Below are positions 62,548 to 64,000 of a DNA stretch of 64,000 nt, piece by piece. The stretch is taken from the NCBI GenBank assembly GCA_003971905.1, contig RSEE01000006.1:310001-374000 (forward strand). Direction: 5' to 3'. Both the position numbers and the translations under genes were made by a program. Below the pieces are notes generated by a model. That model did no database searches, was not told where the DNA came from, and worked only from the letters and a program-made list of their open reading frames with translations. The DNA comes from Moniliella sp. 'wahieum' (Eukaryota). Within the stretch, counting starts at the first letter, position 1, and each line of letters opens with the position of its first letter.

Positions 62548-64000
62548 GTGTGGCCACGCTGGAGGAGCTGGCAGGCGAGCGGCAGCTGGGACTGCCGGGG
62601 CGAACGGTGGCCATTATTTTGCCTTTACACCCCCTCCTACTAGAAAACCAGACTGCGCACTAGTCAGACACATGGCCTGGGGCCAGTGTCCGCCGGGAGG
62701 GGTGCGGGGGTGTCCGCGGGTGCACGGCGCCAGTGGCTGCGTTTGGGTCGACATGGGACGGAAGCGTATCTGAGCATGCCGCCGGGCCATGCCCCGCCTT
62801 CCATGCGCCCCTCGCCGCTGACCGTGTGGCTCCGCCGGGCTTTGAACTGGGAAAGCAGGCGCAGCAATCGGCACTCGTAATCGGAGGCCACCATCGGTGC
62901 CTAGCAGGTTGGCCAACAGTTGGCTTGCTTTTGGCCCCTGGCTGTCTTGAAGCGTCAGGCTTCAAGCTTCACGCTTCACGCGTCACGGACATTCACATCC
63001 ACATACGTGTCACGCGCCACGCCCCTGGCTTGGACAAGCTTTAGACCCTCTCTTACATGGCCCCATCGGTTGTCACTAATAGACACTCTGTTGCGCCTCT
63101 CAAGCTCCAAGGTTTCAAGCTTCGAGCTGTTCTGTCGCCTCCGGCATCCTCCGAGATGCGCCGCTGCCAGATGGGGAGAGGGGTGGTCGATGTGACAGCA
63201 AAAAGCACAGACGATCGGATCGCTTATAAATTGCTACTGCGCGCCACGGCACCAATTCAGATCATCAGAAGCTTAATAGCAAAACTCTGCATATGAGGTC
63301 AGCCAGTCCGGCCTGAAGTTGGTAAAGCTAAATACTGGTAAGGCTTGTTTGCACGTGTGTACACCATGTTACACGTTTACACAAGTGTGGAAGACCGCGG
63401 GGAACGCCACGGCGTTTGTGTGGCTAAAATACTGCTGATGCTGTGCCTTTTTTCGGCAATATACCATTGTTCTCCCGCGTCTGTCTGAAACGAGCAAGCT
63501 GTCCCATTTCTTCAAGAAAGTCTCAATCCCCACATTGGACACAGGTCGAGTATATATATCGCCTCAAAAGCATGGCACTGCCACAAAAAGCTGGAAGAGT
63601 CAAGTGCACGTGGACCACATACCACAACGCTATCAATAAAAGGGCTACCCTAGGTATCTTACACCCCCCAGCCGCATTGATCCATCTCTATCTCTTCATA
63701 TAAAAGTAGCCTGTAAGCTGTAAGGCATAATTTTCACCTACTATACCCCGATGGGAAAAGGGAGCATAATCGATTAGACTCTCTATTAGAAGTATCATCA
63801 TAAGGCGCAAGAGGCGCAGTCTTTCTGTACATTGACCAAGAGAAAAACGCCCCTGGATGCTGGGGCTCTCTTCTCATGCATCTCATGAGATGTATGGAAT
63901 TGTTGCAAAATCTGAGCGCGCGGCTAAAGCTGAGCCATTCGCATTCGCACTCGCACTCGCACTCGTGCTCCTCCTGCTCGCCTGCCGGCTAAGCGCTCAA

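Noticed and set aside
63936..63966. (CAYTCG)n hexamer run
   Set aside because: Ordinary short microsatellite; a similar run at ~27965-27995 encodes a His-Pro repeat.

Overview
Gene-dense, GC-rich eukaryotic DNA from a fungus. Short GT-AG introns with CTRAC branch points, a New1/eEF3-family gene, Dam1, a Zn2Cys6 factor and intron-containing tRNAs point to a basidiomycete, probably Ustilaginomycotina-like (inference). Nearly every gene is split across frames by single-base indels, most likely uncorrected long-read errors, so CDS limits are approximate. Recognisable genes in order: Ser/Thr-repeat single-pass surface protein, NEW1, atypical Hsp20-domain protein, class II DAHP synthase, tRNA-Leu(CAG), UBP3-like protease, SUZ-domain protein, SUA5, RPL31, DUF4112 protein, GGTase-I beta, PNRC/Edc1-like protein, tRNA-Arg(CCG), AlcR-like Zn2Cys6 factor, VHC1/SLC12 transporter, two tandem homeodomain genes, MRF1, VMA13, RNH1, a degraded aspartate kinase, CSE1, DAM1 and PCH2. 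The most notable element is a lower-GC island (~38.5-45.5 kb) with two same-strand paralogous HD2-like homeodomain genes. They share an unrecognised N-terminal domain and the same W|F-position intron, one has a deviant recognition helix (WQQNQR), and no divergent HD1 partner is visible. Nearby HOM3 and SUA5 carry substitutions at normally invariant residues, which may indicate a degenerating, possibly mating-type-linked region.
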